Shown here: positions 8,722 through 17,796 of the stretch, piece after piece | Layout: every line of letters begins with the position of its first letter | Position numbering within the stretch: position 1 is the stretch's first letter | Assembly: GCA_963752285.1 (NCBI GenBank) | Contig: CAVVXN010000005.1 | Span: 736,001 to 800,000, forward strand | Direction of reading: 5' to 3' | DNA length: 64,000 nucleotides | Source of the DNA: an uncultured Planctomycetota bacterium | Lineage (GTDB): Bacteria > Planctomycetota > PLA2 > JAEUHO01 | The notes under the pieces: model-generated | Database searches by the model: none | Seen by the model: only the letters and a program-made list of their open reading frames with translations | Told to the model about the DNA's origin: nothing | Translations under genes and position numbers: made by a program

Positions 8722-11253
8722 CTAGCGCGCCACGAGCACGACGAGGCGTCCCGGAACCACCATCTCCTTCTCGACGGTCAGCCCCTCGAGGTGATGGGCC
8801 ACCTTCGGGAGCGACTTCGCGCGGCGGAGCACCTCGGCCTCGGGCTCGTCGGCCGGTACGCGGAGGCGGTCCCGGACCTTGCCGTTCACCTGGACGGCGA
8901 GCTCGACGGAGGACCCCACGAGGTGGGCCTCGTCGAACGTCGGCCAGGGACGCCGGCAGAGGAGGTCCTGGCCCCCGAGACGCGCGGCGATCTCCTCGGC
9001 GACGTGCGGCGCGAACGGCTCGAGCATGCGAAGGAAGGCGTCGGCCATCTCGCGCGGCACCGGGCGATCCGAGGCCCGCTCGACCATGCCGTTCAGAAGC
9101 ACCATCAGCTTCGAGATGGCGACGTTGTACGCGAGCGACTCCATGTCGGCGGTGACGCCGGCGATGGTCCGGTGCAGCAGGACGAGGTCGTCCCCCTGCG
9201 GCGGGTCGTCGGAGAGCGGAGCGGGCTCGGCGCGGTCGTCGCCGACGTGCAATCGCCACGCGCGCGACAGGAAACGGGAGACGCCGGAGATGTCGCTGCG
9301 GCTCCAGGTCTTGTCGGCCTCGGGCGGGCCCATGAACAGGATGTAGAGGCGCAGCGTGTCGGCGCCGTGCTCCTGAACGAGCTCGTCGGGGTTGACGACG
9401 TTCTTCTTCGACTTGCTCATCTTCTCCACGACGACGTGCGCGGGGCGCCCCGTCGCGCGGACCACCATCGTCCCGTCGCGCGCCTCGACGTCGTCGGCCG
9501 CCAGGTACGGACCGCTCTCGTCCGCCCGGAAGGAGGGGGAGCGGATCATCCCCTGGTTCACGAGGCGCTGGAACGGCTCCTTCGTGTGGACCAGGCCGAG
9601 GTCGAAGAGCACCTTGTGCCAGAAGCGCGCGTACAGGAGGTGGAGCACGGCGTGCTCGGCACCGCCCACGTACACGTCCACCGGCAGCCAGTAGCGCTCC
9701 GCCTCCGGCGAGACGAAGGCCTGGTCGTCGTGCGGGTCGGCGAAGCGCAGGTAGTACCAGCACGAACCCGCCCACTGGGGCATCGTGTTCGTCTCGCGCC
9801 GCGCGGGCGCGCCAGTGCGGGGGTCGGTGGTCTCGACGAAGGACGGGATCGCGGCCAGCGGGCTCTCGCCCGTTCCGGTGGGGCGGTAGCTCTCGACCTC
9901 GGGCAGGCGAACCGGCAGCGACGACGCCGGCAGGGGCACGACCTGCCCGGACTCCGTGCGGACGAGGGGGAACGGCTCGCCCCAGTACCGCTGGCGCGAG
10001 AAGAGCCAGTCGCGCAGGCGGTACTGCACCTGCGGGCGCCCGAAGCCCTCCTCGGCGAGCCAGGCGACGATTCGGGACTTCGCCTCGGCGACCGGGAGGC
10101 CGTCGAGGAACGACGAGCGGACCAGCGTCCCGTCGCCCTCCCAGGCGGACGTCTCGAGGTCGCCCCCGGTGACCACCTCGCGGACCTCCAGACCGAACGT
10201 GCGCGCGAACTCCCAGTCCCGCTGGTCGTGTCCCGGAACCGCCATCACCGCGCCCGTCCCGTAGCTCGGGAGCACGTAGTCGGCGATCCAGATCGGGATC
10301 TCGCGACCGTCCACGGGGTTCACGGCCATCGCGCCGGTGAAAACGCCGGTCCGCGCCGTCTCGGCGACGCGGTCGCGCTCGGAGCGTCGCGCGGTCCGGT
10401 CCACGTAGGCCGCCACGTCCTCTCGCTGGGTGTCGGTCGTGACCTTCCCCACGAGCGGGTGCTCGGGAGCGAGCACGCAGAACGTCGCGCCGAAGAGGGT
10501 GTCCGGACGCGTGGTGAAGACGGTGAACGAACCGCCGCCCTTCACGCGGAACACGACCTCGGCGCCCTCGGACCGGCCGATCCACTCCCGCTGCATCTGC
10601 TTGATGTGCTCGGGCCAGTCCACGCCCTCGAGATCCGCCAGGAGGCGGTCGGCGTAGGCGGTGATCCGCAGGAGCCACTGGCGCATCGGCCGCCGCTCCA
10701 CCGGATGGCCGCCCCGCTCGCTCTTGCCGTCGATGACCTCCTCGTTTGCCAGCACCGTCCCGAGGGCGGGGCACCAGTTCACGGGGATCTCGGCCTCGTA
10801 CGCGAGCCCGCGCTCGAGGAGGCGCAGGAAGATCCACTGCGTCCACCGGTAGTAGGAGGGGTCGGTGGTGTCGATCTCGCGGGACCAGTCGAACGACCAG
10901 CCGAGGCGCCGCGCCTGGCCCTTGAAGGTCGCGATGTTCTTCTCGACCGCGACCCGCGGGTGGACCTGGTTGTCGATCGCATACTGCTCCGCGGGGAGAC
11001 CGAACGCGTCCCAGCCCATGGGGTGGAGGACGTTCGACCCCCGCGCACGCTCGTACCTCGCCACCACGTCCGTGATCGTGTAGTTCTCTACGTGGCCGAG
11101 GTGCAACCCCTCCCCGGAGGGGTACGGGAACATCCCGAGCACGTATTTCTTGGGTCGCGGGTCGTGGTCCCGGGCCCGGAAGACGCCCTCCGCCTCCCAC
11201 CGCGCCTGCCAGCGGGGCTCGATGCTCCTGGGGTCGTACGCCGTGCGTTCCAC
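8722..11253 (-). CDS. leuS: Leucine--tRNA ligase
   Basis: MFPYPSG.GLHLGH (HIGH motif), GWDAFGLPAE, FTTRPDTLFG, DWLFSRQRYWG, KMSKS and QVNGKVR. GGAGG upstream of the GTG start. Confidence 0.98.
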   Translation of the reverse strand: MERTAYDPRSIEPRWQARWEAEGVFRARDHDPRPKKYVLGMFPYPSGEGLHLGHVENYTITDVVARYERARGSNVLHPMGWDAFGLPAEQYAIDNQVHPRVAVEKNIATFKGQARRLGWSFDWSREIDTTDPSYYRWTQWIFLRLLERGLAYEAEIPVNWCPALGTVLANEEVIDGKSERGGHPVERRPMRQWLLRITAYADRLLADLEGVDWPEHIKQMQREWIGRSEGAEVVFRVKGGGSFTVFTTRPDTLFGATFCVLAPEHPLVGKVTTDTQREDVAAYVDRTARRSERDRVAETARTGVFTGAMAVNPVDGREIPIWIADYVLPSYGTGAVMAVPGHDQRDWEFARTFGLEVREVVTGGDLETSAWEGDGTLVRSSFLDGLPVAEAKSRIVAWLAEEGFGRPQVQYRLRDWLFSRQRYWGEPFPLVRTESGQVVPLPASSLPVRLPEVESYRPTGTGESPLAAIPSFVETTDPRTGAPARRETNTMPQWAGSCWYYLRFADPHDDQAFVSPEAERYWLPVDVYVGGAEHAVLHLLYARFWHKVLFDLGLVHTKEPFQRLVNQGMIRSPSFRADESGPYLAADDVEARDGTMVVRATGRPAHVVVEKMSKSKKNVVNPDELVQEHGADTLRLYILFMGPPEADKTWSRSDISGVSRFLSRAWRLHVGDDRAEPAPLSDDPPQGDDLVLLHRTIAGVTADMESLAYNVAISKLMVLLNGMVERASDRPVPREMADAFLRMLEPFAPHVAEEIAARLGGQDLLCRRPWPTFDEAHLVGSSVELAVQVNGKVRDRLRVPADEPEAEVLRRAKSLPKVAHHLEGLTVEKEMVVPGRLVVLVAR

Positions 11254-11365
11254 GAGGGCCTCCGGGGCCGAACGGAAGCGACGAGGGTAACCGCCGGCCC
11301 GGCTCGCGACGTGGCCCCGCCGGACCGCGCGCGGGTCGCGCGGGTCACACCCACCCGGGGGTCGG

Positions 11366-12622
11366 TCACTCGTGGCGGAGGGCCTCGACGGGGTCGAGCG
11401 CCGCGGCGCGGGCGGCCGGGTAGATGCCGAAGACCACCCCGATCGCGGCGGAGATCCCGAACGCGATCACCAGCGACCACGGCGTCACCACGGTCGGCAT
11501 GCCGAAGAAGTGGGAGAGGAGGGGCGGCCCGCCGACGCCCAGCAGGAGCCCGATCGCGCCGCCCGCCGCCGAGAGGAGGACCGTCTCGGCGAGGAACTGG
11601 GTGACGATGTGGGAGCGGCGCGCGCCCACGGCGCGGCGGATCCCGATCTCCCGCGTCCGCTCCATGACGCTCGCGAGCATGATGTTCATGATCCCGATGC
11701 CGCCCACCACGAGGGAGATGGCGGCGATGATGCTCCCGACGATCGTCCAGATCCGCTTCGTCTCCTGCGCCTCGCGCAGGAGCTCGAGGGGAACCGTGAG
11801 GCGTACGTCGCCTTTCGGGTACCAGCGCTCGACCATCGCGCGGAGGGCCACGGCGATCTCCGGCACGGCCTCGAGGCTCTGCGCCTCGACGACCACGCGG
11901 TGGAGCTCGACGCGCTGCAGGGAGAAGCTCCCCGTCGTCCGGTTGGAGATGACCGAGCCGTAGCGCTCGTTCATCGTCGTGAGGGGCAGGAAGAGGGCCG
12001 CGTCCACGTCTACGAGCGCTCCGCCGGGGGAGTCGCCCCGGCCCGCGAGCACGCCGACGACCTTGTAGGCGAGCGGGCCCGCCCACACGAGCCGCCCCAG
12101 CGGGTCCGAGCTGAGGAACAGCCGGGTCGCCAGCTCGCTCCCGAGCACGCAGACCGCGCGCTGCTCACGCACGTCCGCGTTCACGATGAACCGGCCCCGC
12201 TCGAGCCGGAGCGCGCTCACGTCCGCGTACTCGGGAACGGTGCTGGCGATCGTAGCGGGGAACTTGCGCGGCCCGAACCGCACCTCTTCGGGGATGTCGC
12301 GGCGCGGCACCACGCGCAGCACGCCGGGGACGGTCTGTCGGATCCGCTCCACGTCCACGCGCTTGAGGCCGTACTCGAGGACGTGCTGTCGCCCCTTCGT
12401 CGCGTCCTCGCTCGTGGTGGGCTGCACGCTCGTGAGGAGGATGTTCCGCGACCCGAGACGACGGATCCGGGCCTGGGCGTCCTGGCTCGCCCCTTCGACG
12501 ACCGCCAGCGTCGTGACGACCGATCCCACGCCGAGGAGGATCCCGACGACGGTCAGGAGAGAGCGGAGACGGTGGAGCCAGAGCGTCTTCCACGCCACCT
12601 GGACGACGCGGACGGCCCTCAC
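11366..12622 (-). CDS. ABC transporter permease, MacB/FtsX family
   Basis: HRLRSLLT..GI..GV.SV N-terminus, GGIGIMNIMLASV.ERTREIGIRRAVGA, QFL.E, PA.RAA.LDPVEALR. GTG overlaps the ATPase stop. Confidence 0.95.
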   Translation of the reverse strand: MRAVRVVQVAWKTLWLHRLRSLLTVVGILLGVGSVVTTLAVVEGASQDAQARIRRLGSRNILLTSVQPTTSEDATKGRQHVLEYGLKRVDVERIRQTVPGVLRVVPRRDIPEEVRFGPRKFPATIASTVPEYADVSALRLERGRFIVNADVREQRAVCVLGSELATRLFLSSDPLGRLVWAGPLAYKVVGVLAGRGDSPGGALVDVDAALFLPLTTMNERYGSVISNRTTGSFSLQRVELHRVVVEAQSLEAVPEIAVALRAMVERWYPKGDVRLTVPLELLREAQETKRIWTIVGSIIAAISLVVGGIGIMNIMLASVMERTREIGIRRAVGARRSHIVTQFLAETVLLSAAGGAIGLLLGVGGPPLLSHFFGMPTVVTPWSLVIAFGISAAIGVVFGIYPAARAAALDPVEALRHE

Positions 12623-13317
12623 GAGCGGGCCTCGATGCGGTCGATCCGCCCGTCGAGCATGTGCAGCGTGCGGTGCGCGCGCTGCGCGATCTTCGGGTCG
12701 TGCGTGACGACGACGATCGTCGCGCCCTCCCGGTTGAGGTCGTCCAGGAGGTCGAGGATCTCGAGCCCCGTGGCCGAGTCGAGGTTCCCGGTCGGCTCGT
12801 CGGCGAGGATCAGACGAGGTCGGTTCGCGAGCGCGCGGGCGATCGCCACGCGCTGCTGCTGGCCGCCGGAGAGCTCCGTGGGGCGGTGGTCGAGGCGTCC
12901 CGCGAGGCCCATCCGCCGGGCGAGCTCCAGGGCGCGTTCGTGCGCGTCGCGACCGCCCATGCCGGCGTACTCGAGCGGCACCTCGACGTTCTCGAGCACG
13001 GTGAGGTGCGCGATCAGGTTGTACGACTGGAAGACGAAGCCGAGGTGCGTGTTCCGGACGCGCGAGAGCTCGTCGTCGTCCAGGTCCTCGACGTCGCGTC
13101 CTCCGAGGCGGTAGCGGCCGTGGCTTGGGCGGTCGAGGCAGCCCAGCACGTTCAGCAGCGTGGACTTTCCCGAGCCCGAGGGGCCCATCACCGCGAGGTA
13201 CTCGCCGGCCCCGATCACGAGGTCCACCTCGTCGAGCGCGCGGACGTCCGTGTCGCCCATGCGGTAGACGCGGGAGACACGCTCCAGGACGGCGACCGGA
13301 CCGTCCGCAGCCGTCAT
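12619..13317 (-). CDS. ABC transporter ATP-binding protein, MacB/LolD family
   Basis: Walker A GPSGSGKST, signature LSGGQQQRVAIARAL, Walker B ILADEPTGNLD, VTHD. Confidence 0.96.
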   Translation of the reverse strand: MTAADGPVAVLERVSRVYRMGDTDVRALDEVDLVIGAGEYLAVMGPSGSGKSTLLNVLGCLDRPSHGRYRLGGRDVEDLDDDELSRVRNTHLGFVFQSYNLIAHLTVLENVEVPLEYAGMGGRDAHERALELARRMGLAGRLDHRPTELSGGQQQRVAIARALANRPRLILADEPTGNLDSATGLEILDLLDDLNREGATIVVVTHDPKIAQRAHRTLHMLDGRIDRIEARS

Positions 13318-15389
13318 CGTCTCCCGCCCCGGCTCCGGCCCCCGGCGTGGCCCGTCGATCCCGCCGGGGTCGCGGCGTCGGGTTTCGCGCCGGCATCGGG
13401 CGCGGCGGGCGCGGCGGACGCGTCGGACGCGGGCGCGGCGCCGCCCGAAGGCCCGCCCGGGTGCGCGGCGCCCCCGTGGGCGTCGGCCGGGGGCGCGGTC
13501 TCTGCGGCTCCGCCCGCCGCCGGGGCGCCCGGGGCGCCGCGCCGCGTCCTCGCGCCCGACGGCGCCCGGCCGTGGGTCCCGGACGACATGCGGCCCGCGT
13601 GGGGCGGTGCGAGGAGCACGTGCTCGCCGGGCTCCACGCCGTCGAGGATCTGGACCACGAGATCGTTCGAGAGCCCGAGCCTCACGGGCCGGGGCGTGGG
13701 CTCGCCCGGACCTTCGGACACGTAGACGACGGGACGATCCGCCGTGCCGGCGACCGCCTGGACCGGAACGCTCACGGCGTCCTCGATGTCGGCCACGAGG
13801 ATCTCGACCTTCGCGCTCATGCCGGGCCTGAGCGTCGGCGGGACCGCGTCGAGCTGGATCTCGGTCGAGTACACCTTGAGGTCCGGGTTCAGCCAGCTGT
13901 CCGGCGGATCGGGGAGACGCGCGACGGTCTTCACGACGCCCGGGATGGGGCGGTCGGGGAAGGCGTCCACGAGCACCGTGGCCGGCTGGCCCTCTTGCAC
14001 GCGCTCCACCACGGACTCGTGGATGCTCACCTTCACGCCGAGGCTCGCGAGGTCGGGGATCTCGATCAGGGGCTGGCGCTCCTGCACGAGCACCCCCTCG
14101 CGGATCGGGTTGTCGTTGCCCCACCGGCTGTGCCGCTGGCTCGACGCGTAGACGACGAGCCCCGGCTCGGTCGCTCGGATCGTGGCCGCGGCCACCTGGC
14201 GCTGGAGACGCTGGAACCGCTCCGACTGGAGCTGTTCCTGCTCGGTGCGCGAACGGACCTCGGCCAGCTCGCGTTCCTCGGAGGAGCGCGCGCTCTTGAG
14301 GGTCCGCGCGAGCTGCGCCTCGGCCTCCACCAGGTTCGAGAGGAGGCGCTCCGTCTCCTTGCGGAAGTCGTACGTCACGTACTGGTCCCGCGCCGTGCGG
14401 GCGCGGTCCAGGTCGATGCGCCAGCGCTCGAGGGCGATGCGGTCGGCCTCCTCGTCCTCGCGGCTGACGTATCCCTTCTCCAAGAGCCGACCGGTCCAGT
14501 CGAGCTTGACCTGCGCGCGACGGAACTCCTCGTCCGCGATCGAGATGTCGCTGTCGAGCTTGCGAATCGTCTGGAGGGCCTCGCCCTCGAGGCGGGGGTC
14601 GTCGAGCAGCCGCGCGATCCGCCCCTCGAGCGGGTCGGGCTGCTCCGCCGCCGCCATCGCGGCTGCGGTGGGGGGGACGGTCGGAGCCGCCGCCGGCGGG
14701 GACGCGTCGTCTCCGTCCGACCCGCCCGCCGAGACGGGGCCGCCGTCGCCGGCGCCGGCCGGGGCGGGCGCCGTGGGCTCGTGCCGCGCGGTCGGAGCCT
14801 GTGCGGGGGCGGTCGGGGGGACCGACACCCCCGCTTCGGGGGCGTCGTCCGGCGGCAGGTCCACCGGGAGGGCCGCCGCGCTGAGCAGGTCGCCCGAGAG
14901 GTCCTTGCCGACGTACCGCTCGAGGTCGAGGCGCGCGAAGCGCACCTCGAGCTGGGCCTTCCGGATCTCGCTCGCGTTCTGCTGCTGCGTGATGTCGAGG
15001 CTCGCTTCCGCGTTCTTCCGCGCGGCGGTGGCCTGGGCGAGGTCGATCTTCTGACGGTTCAGCTGGTCCACGGTGTTGGCCGCGTCGAGCTGAACGAGCA
15101 ACCGGTGCTCGGCGACGTCCTGGTCGGTCAGGATCGTCCCTTCCGGGACGATGAACAGGATCGCGGCGTTCCCCTCGACCCTGCTCGTGATGGTCTGCGA
15201 CTTGAGCGCCTCGACGCTGCCGCTCTCGAGGACCGTGACGCGGAGCCGCCCGCGCTCGACCTCCGCCACGGGCGGGCCCGAGGCGCCCGTGTCGGCCCGC
15301 CCGGCGAGCCACCACCAGATCCCGCCGCCCAGGAGGAGGACGACCAGCAGGAGGACCCACGGTCCTCGTCGGGCGCGCCGGGCGGACAT
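13314..15389 (-). CDS. Efflux periplasmic adaptor subunit (HlyD/MacA family) with low-complexity insertion and tail
   Basis: N-terminal transmembrane helix, V.ESGS.EA...TI.SRVEG, long coiled coil, IRA...GLVVY, LRPGMSA.VEI, V.LGLSND..V.I..G. Confidence 0.92.
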   Translation of the reverse strand: MSARRARRGPWVLLLVVLLLGGGIWWWLAGRADTGASGPPVAEVERGRLRVTVLESGSVEALKSQTITSRVEGNAAILFIVPEGTILTDQDVAEHRLLVQLDAANTVDQLNRQKIDLAQATAARKNAEASLDITQQQNASEIRKAQLEVRFARLDLERYVGKDLSGDLLSAAALPVDLPPDDAPEAGVSVPPTAPAQAPTARHEPTAPAPAGAGDGGPVSAGGSDGDDASPPAAAPTVPPTAAAMAAAEQPDPLEGRIARLLDDPRLEGEALQTIRKLDSDISIADEEFRRAQVKLDWTGRLLEKGYVSREDEEADRIALERWRIDLDRARTARDQYVTYDFRKETERLLSNLVEAEAQLARTLKSARSSEERELAEVRSRTEQEQLQSERFQRLQRQVAAATIRATEPGLVVYASSQRHSRWGNDNPIREGVLVQERQPLIEIPDLASLGVKVSIHESVVERVQEGQPATVLVDAFPDRPIPGVVKTVARLPDPPDSWLNPDLKVYSTEIQLDAVPPTLRPGMSAKVEILVADIEDAVSVPVQAVAGTADRPVVYVSEGPGEPTPRPVRLGLSNDLVVQILDGVEPGEHVLLAPPHAGRMSSGTHGRAPSGARTRRGAPGAPAAGGAAETAPPADAHGGAAHPGGPSGGAAPASDASAAPAAPDAGAKPDAATPAGSTGHAGGRSRGGRR

Positions 15390-15458
15390 CGGGCCGAGGG
15401 TACCAGCGTGGCGCCGGTCCGGCCCCTTCGCGCGCCCCTCGAGCGCGCGCCTCGTCCG

Positions 15459-17204
15459 CTATCTCTCCCCGGGCGCGGACGCGGGCGGGAACGCGGGCGC
15501 CGCGGGGGACGGCGTCGCGGGCGGGGCCAGCGCGGTCGGCGCCGGCGGCGACTCCGCGGTCGGCGAGCCCGACGGCGCCTCGGGCTCGACCCAGCGTCCG
15601 TCGGACCCGACCTGGAGGATCCCGACGTCGCGGAGCAGGACGAGACGGGCGATCGCGTGGTCCACGAGTGCGCGCGTCAGTGCGTTCCGCGCGATGACGA
15701 GGGCGTCCTCGGCGTCGAGCCGGTCGCGCGTGGTCGCCCGGCTCGCCTCGAGCAGGAGGTCCGTGCTCTCCACCCGCCGTTCCGCCAGGTGCACGCCCTC
15801 GGCCTCGATCCGGTAGCTGTCGCGCGCGCGTTCGAGCTGGCGCAGGGCCTCCCGCACCTGGAGGCGGACCTGGTCCTCGAGCGCCTCCCGGTCGCGACGC
15901 GCGCGCATCGCGTCGATCGTCGCGTGTCGGAACGCGTTCCGCTCGGCCGTGCGTTCGAGCGGGAGGTCGATCGTCGGGCCCGCGAACGCCTCGATGTCCG
16001 CGTTCGAGAGCGACTGACGCGAACCAGGTTCTCGCTGGAGGAAGGCCTGGACCTCCAGGTTCGCCCCGGGGCCCAGCTGGTTCGCGGCGACGAGGACCCT
16101 GCGCATGGCGTCCTCCTCGCGGCCGTTCGCGTTCTCGAGGTCGAGCCGCCGCGCCAGCGCCGTCTCGACGGCGGTGGCGCGCTCCACCGGCACGGCACGC
16201 GGGCCCTCGGAGCGGAGCCTCTCGAGGGCGTCCTCCGGGATCTCGACGTCGGCGTCCACCTGGATGCCGAGGGTCTCCTTCATCTCGTCGAGCGCGGTCT
16301 CGTACGCCGTGCGCGCCGCGAGCCGGCGGTTCTCCGCGACGAGAAGGTCCTGCCTCGTCTGGTCCACCTCGAAGTCGGCGAGGCGGCCCGCGCCCGTCGC
16401 GCCGTACGCCTCCTGCCGGGCGAGGAGGCGGCGCAGGCTCTCGTACGTCAGGTCTTCGTTCTTCCACGTGTCGCGCGCCTCGAGGAGGCGGTAGTACGAC
16501 GACACCACGTCTACCGTGAACGACTGCTGGAACCGCGCGTACGAGCGGAGGGCGTAGAGCACGTCCCGCTCGGCCTGCGTCAACGGCTCGCGCGCGTACC
16601 AGCCGGCGCCGCGCGCCATGGGGAGCAGGAGGTCGAGGCTCAGGAGCGTGCGCGCGGGCTCGAACGGATCGCCGCTCGCGAGACTCGCGAGGAATCCCGA
16701 CGCGAGGTCCACGATCAGGCGACCGCCGGTGCTGAAGTTGCGCGTCGCGGTGAGGTCGACCGTTCCCTGCGGCGTGGTGTCGTTTCGGTTGATCCGGGTG
16801 CCCGCCCCGAGCGAGAGGCCGGCGAGGGGGTTCGTGAGGTCGTTCCGGACGCCCGTCAGGTCGAGCGCGACGAGGTACACGTCCTCGCGTTGACGGAGGT
16901 AGTCGCGCGAGGCGGCCGCGGCGAGCGCGAGGGCGTCCTCCAGGGTGAGCCGAAAGGTGCGGGACTCCCGCCGCGCGCAGGCGAGGCGGTCCGCGGCGTC
17001 CACGTCGAGGCGTCCCGCGACCTCGGGCACGCGGGCGCGCGTCGAGGCGAGCGCCGCGTAGACCTCGCGGTCGGCGCCCTCCTTCGTGAACCGCGCGCAG
17101 GCGCCCCCGCCGACGGCGAGCCACCCGACGAGGAGGAGGAGGGAGCGCGCCAGGGCCCGTGCCGGGCGGCGGCCCGCGCCCTCGGCCGGCTTCGCCGGGG
17201 TCAT
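15459..17204 (-). CDS. TolC family outer-membrane efflux protein (probable lipoprotein)
   Basis: Signal ending GGGAC, LTLEDAL.LA, helical repeats (V...YY.LL; AL..RLDL; LDAE..L..A.NA...A..DH), and position at the head of the adaptor/ABC operon. Confidence 0.9.
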   Translation of the reverse strand: MTPAKPAEGAGRRPARALARSLLLLVGWLAVGGGACARFTKEGADREVYAALASTRARVPEVAGRLDVDAADRLACARRESRTFRLTLEDALALAAAASRDYLRQREDVYLVALDLTGVRNDLTNPLAGLSLGAGTRINRNDTTPQGTVDLTATRNFSTGGRLIVDLASGFLASLASGDPFEPARTLLSLDLLLPMARGAGWYAREPLTQAERDVLYALRSYARFQQSFTVDVVSSYYRLLEARDTWKNEDLTYESLRRLLARQEAYGATGAGRLADFEVDQTRQDLLVAENRRLAARTAYETALDEMKETLGIQVDADVEIPEDALERLRSEGPRAVPVERATAVETALARRLDLENANGREEDAMRRVLVAANQLGPGANLEVQAFLQREPGSRQSLSNADIEAFAGPTIDLPLERTAERNAFRHATIDAMRARRDREALEDQVRLQVREALRQLERARDSYRIEAEGVHLAERRVESTDLLLEASRATTRDRLDAEDALVIARNALTRALVDHAIARLVLLRDVGILQVGSDGRWVEPEAPSGSPTAESPPAPTALAPPATPSPAAPAFPPASAPGER

Positions 17205-17470
17205 CCGACGAGCCCGCGGTGGACGAGCAGGGCGGGGCGGGACGCGGACTCCGGGCGGACGAAGAAGTGGCGGCCCGTGAGCCGGCGGCCCTCGCCCTCC
17301 GGCACGACGATGCCCTCGCCGTCGGGTGCCTTCTCGTCGGGGCCGGTGGCGAACCGGACGCCGCCCTCGATCGCCCGCACGACGACCGAGGGCTCCTTCC
17401 GCGCGTCGGGCCGGCCGCCGAGATACGTCCAGCCGTCCGTCTTCCTGAGCCTCAGCGCCATCTGCTCCAC
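17201..17470 (-). CDS. Small hypothetical protein (89 aa), first gene of the TolC/adaptor/ABC operon
   Basis: GGAGG 7 nt before the GTG, a TAGAGT -10-like element upstream, stop codon overlapping the TolC ATG (ATGA), globular-looking composition. Confidence 0.65.
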   Translation of the reverse strand: MEQMALRLRKTDGWTYLGGRPDARKEPSVVVRAIEGGVRFATGPDEKAPDGEGIVVPEGEGRRLTGRHFFVRPESASRPALLVHRGLVG

Positions 17471-17796
17471 GGCGTAACCTCCGCGCGGCGCGACTCTACC
17501 CGCCTCGCGCCGCCGGGAGCATCAAGCGTCGATCGGCTGTGACGGAGTCGTGACGAACGGGCGGCGACGCGGGACGCTATGGGACCTTGGCGGCGCGTAT
17601 CCGGCGTGTTCCGGGCCTCGGGATGCAACCCACGTGCGCTCGACGGGAGTACGCTCTGGGGGTCCGCGAGAGGTTCGGCGAGGAGGTCAGAGAGAGTCGG
17701 CTCGCCGAACGTCCACGGGAGATTGTTTGCCAAGGGCGATGCCCTGCCCTACATCTGGGCGTTTGGGGGGCACCCCAATCAGGAGGTAGGTCTGCC

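Noticed and set aside
5345..11200. 1951-aa minus-strand ORF and similar long overlapping ORFs (13125-17477, 8164-11604, 39747-43301, 36679-39750)
   Set aside because: Shadow frames of genes with clear family motifs. Stop codons are rare at this GC content.
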